From: Burkholderiales bacterium
Lineage (GTDB): Bacteria; Pseudomonadota; Gammaproteobacteria; Burkholderiales; SG8-39
Reading direction: 5' to 3'
DNA: 64,000 nt
NCBI GenBank assembly: GCA_038206915.1
Contig: JBBRAI010000002.1
Location: 78,079-142,078, forward strand
The notes beneath the pieces were generated by a model that ran no database searches, had not been told where the DNA came from, and saw only the letters and a program-made list of their open reading frames with translations. How positions within the stretch are numbered: position 1 is the first letter of the stretch; each line of letters opens with the position of its first letter. Of the stretch, positions 62,024-64,000 are shown in pieces. The position numbers and the translations under genes were made by a program.

Positions 62024-64000
62024 TCAGGCGCCAATCATACCACTGTGCCGCAGCAGCGCATCCGGCGTGGGGTCGCGGCCGCGGAACGCCCTGAATGATT
62101 CGAGCGCCGGACGGCTGCCGCCCACCGACAGGATCTCGTCGCGGAAGCGCTTGCCGCTGTGCGCGTCGAGCACGCCGGTTTCCTCGAACAGTCCGTAAGC
62201 GTCGGCCGAAAGCACCTCGGCCCACTTGTAGCTGTAGTAGCCGGCGCCGTAACCGCCCGCGAAAATATGCGAGAAGTTGTTCTGGAAGCGGTTGTAGGGC
62301 GGCGGCGGCGCCACCGCTACCCGGCTGCGGATTTCGTCCAGCAGCTGCTGCGGCGTCTTGCTGCCATCGGCGTCGAAATCGTAGTGCAGGTGCATGTCGA
62401 ACAGCGAGAATTCCAGCTGGCGCACGGTCTGCATGCCGCTCTGGAAGTTCTTCGCGGCGAGCATCTTGTCGTAGAGCGCTCGCGGCAGGGCTCCGCCGCT
62501 GTCGGCGTGCGCGCTCATGTGCGCGAGCACCTCCCATTCCCAGCAGAAATTCTCCATGAACTGGCTCGGCAGTTCGACCGCATCCCATTCCACGCCGTGT
62601 ATGCCGGATACGCCCACATAGTCCACGGCGGTAAGCAGGTGATGCAGTCCGTGGCCGAATTCGTGGAACAGCGTCAGCACCTCGTCGTGGGTGAACAGCG
62701 CCGGCTTGCCGCCCACCGGCGCCGAAAAGTTGCAGGTGAGATAGGCCACCGGCGTCTGCACCCGCGCGTCCAGCCTGCGCCGGCTGATCGCCTCGTCCAT
62801 CCAGGCGCCGCCGCGCTTGCTGTCGCGCGCATAGGGATCGAGATAGAACTGGCCGAGCAGCCTGCCCTCGCCATCGTTGACGCGGAAGAAGCGCACCGTC
62901 GGATGCCAGGTTTCGGCCGTATCGGGTTCGATGCGCACGCCGAAGATCGTCTCGACCACGCGGAACATCCCCTCGATCACCTTGGCTTCCGGAAAATACT
63001 GCTTCACCTCCTCATCGGAAAAAGCGTAACGCGCGACACGTAGTTTCTCCGAGGCGTAGGCGAGGTCCCAGGCCTCGAGCTGCGCCAGGCCGAGTTCGGC
63101 CGCGGCAAATTCGCGCAATTCGGCGTAGTCCCTGCGTGCGAAAGGCTGTGCCTTGAGCGCGAGGTCTTCGAGAAAATCCAGCACTTGCTGCGGCGACTGC
63201 GCCATTTTCGGCACCAGCGAGACCTCGGCATGGTTGGCGTAGCCCAGCAGCCGCGCCGCCTCCTGGTGCAGCTTGAGTATGCGCGTGATCAGCGGCGTGT
63301 TGTCGAGCTCGGGCTTGCCGAATTCGCTGGCCCGCGTGACGTAGGCGCGGTACATCTGCTCGCGCAGCGCGCGGCTCGCAGCGTATTGCATGAACGGCAC
63401 GTACGAAGGCGCCTGCAAGCTGAAATTCCAGCCGGACTTTTCCTCCTTTGCGGCCGCGGCGCGCGCGGTCTCGAGCACGTCCGCGGGAATGCCCGCAAGC
63501 GCGCTGCGCTCTTCGACGTGAAGCGAATACGCGTTGGTGGCGTCAAGCAGGTTTTCGGAAAATCTGGTTGCCAGCTGCGCCAGTTCTTCCGAGATCGCGG
63601 CAAAGCGCTGCTTCCCCTGCGGCGGAAGTTCGGCGCCGGACAGGCGGAAATCGCGGATCTCGTTGTCGATGATTCTGCGCTGCGCCGGCGTGAGCGCGGC
63701 GAATTCGGGTGCGGCCCGCAGCGCCTTGTATTTTTCGAACATAGCCAGGTTCTGGCCCAGCTCGGTGTAGTACTGGACGATCTTCGGCTGGTTCGCGTTA
63801 TAGGCGGCGCGCAGCTCCGGCGAATCGAGTACGCCGTGCAGGTGTCCGACCGCACCCCAGGCGCGCGCCAGCCCCTCGTTCGCGTCCTCCAGCGGCGCCA
63901 CGAAAGTGGCCCAGGTGGAGGGTGTTTGCGGCCGCGTCAAATTGTCGATGCGCGCGCGGTTATCCACCAGCAGCCGGTCGACGGCCGGCGCGATGTGTTC
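62024..64000 (-). CDS. prlC: Oligopeptidase A (M3 family), N-terminus beyond the window
   Basis: FHEFGHGLH, VELPSQFME, KRGGAWM, HIFAGGYGAGYYSYKWAE; frame open to 64000. Confidence 0.95.
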   Translation of the reverse strand, partial: EHIAPAVDRLLVDNRARIDNLTRPQTPSTWATFVAPLEDANEGLARAWGAVGHLHGVLDSPELRAAYNANQPKIVQYYTELGQNLAMFEKYKALRAAPEFAALTPAQRRIIDNEIRDFRLSGAELPPQGKQRFAAISEELAQLATRFSENLLDATNAYSLHVEERSALAGIPADVLETARAAAAKEEKSGWNFSLQAPSYVPFMQYAASRALREQMYRAYVTRASEFGKPELDNTPLITRILKLHQEAARLLGYANHAEVSLVPKMAQSPQQVLDFLEDLALKAQPFARRDYAELREFAAAELGLAQLEAWDLAYASEKLRVARYAFSDEEVKQYFPEAKVIEGMFRVVETIFGVRIEPDTAETWHPTVRFFRVNDGEGRLLGQFYLDPYARDSKRGGAWMDEAISRRRLDARVQTPVAYLTCNFSAPVGGKPALFTHDEVLTLFHEFGHGLHHLLTAVDYVGVSGIHGVEWDAVELPSQFMENFCWEWEVLAHMSAHADSGGALPRALYDKMLAAKNFQSGMQTVRQLEFSLFDMHLHYDFDADGSKTPQQLLDEIRSRVAVAPPPPYNRFQNNFSHIFAGGYGAGYYSYKWAEVLSADAYGLFEETGVLDAHSGKRFRDEILSVGGSRPALESFRAFRGRDPTPDALLRHSGMIGA

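Overview
High-GC bacterial chromosome segment, probably betaproteobacterial (waaC-waaA-tolC-pcm-RND, thiC-uppP, glnA-DUF4124-ntrB-ntrC, xth and prlC gene order). It has four parts. (1) 1-24.8 kb: a minus-strand LPS/O-antigen/surface-glycan cluster with many GT2/GT4/GT9/GT11 glycosyltransferases, about six methyltransferase-type genes, an AsnB-type amidotransferase, a Wzx flippase, a PglC/D/E-like trio and up to three gene remnants. (2) 24.9-47.5 kb: housekeeping genes, including waaC, waaA, tolC, pcm, a TetR-RND efflux set, TPP riboswitch-thiC, uppP, an HpxW-like GGT-family hydrolase, glnA-ntrBC with NtrC sites and a sigma54 promoter, aceB and xth. (3) 47.7-61.4 kb: the most notable part, a redox and signalling island between xth and the glutaredoxin-prlC genes. 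It encodes two paralogous kinases with periplasmic heme-c motifs (one with a ~127-aa Cys-rich insert in its ATPase domain), a sigma54 activator, and a membrane-anchored receiver fused to a GcvH-like domain that lacks the lipoyl lysine. It also encodes a 5-CXXCH class III cytochrome with a Tat 4x[4Fe-4S] protein, an NrfD protein and an unannotated 53-aa HmcD-like peptide but no catalytic subunit, a nonaheme cytochrome c plus cytochrome b pair, and two further receivers. Three FNR-type boxes and one sigma54 promoter lie in its intergenic regions. (4) 61.5-64 kb: DUF4124-glutaredoxin and partial prlC. All calls come from motif recognition by eye; no database searches were run.
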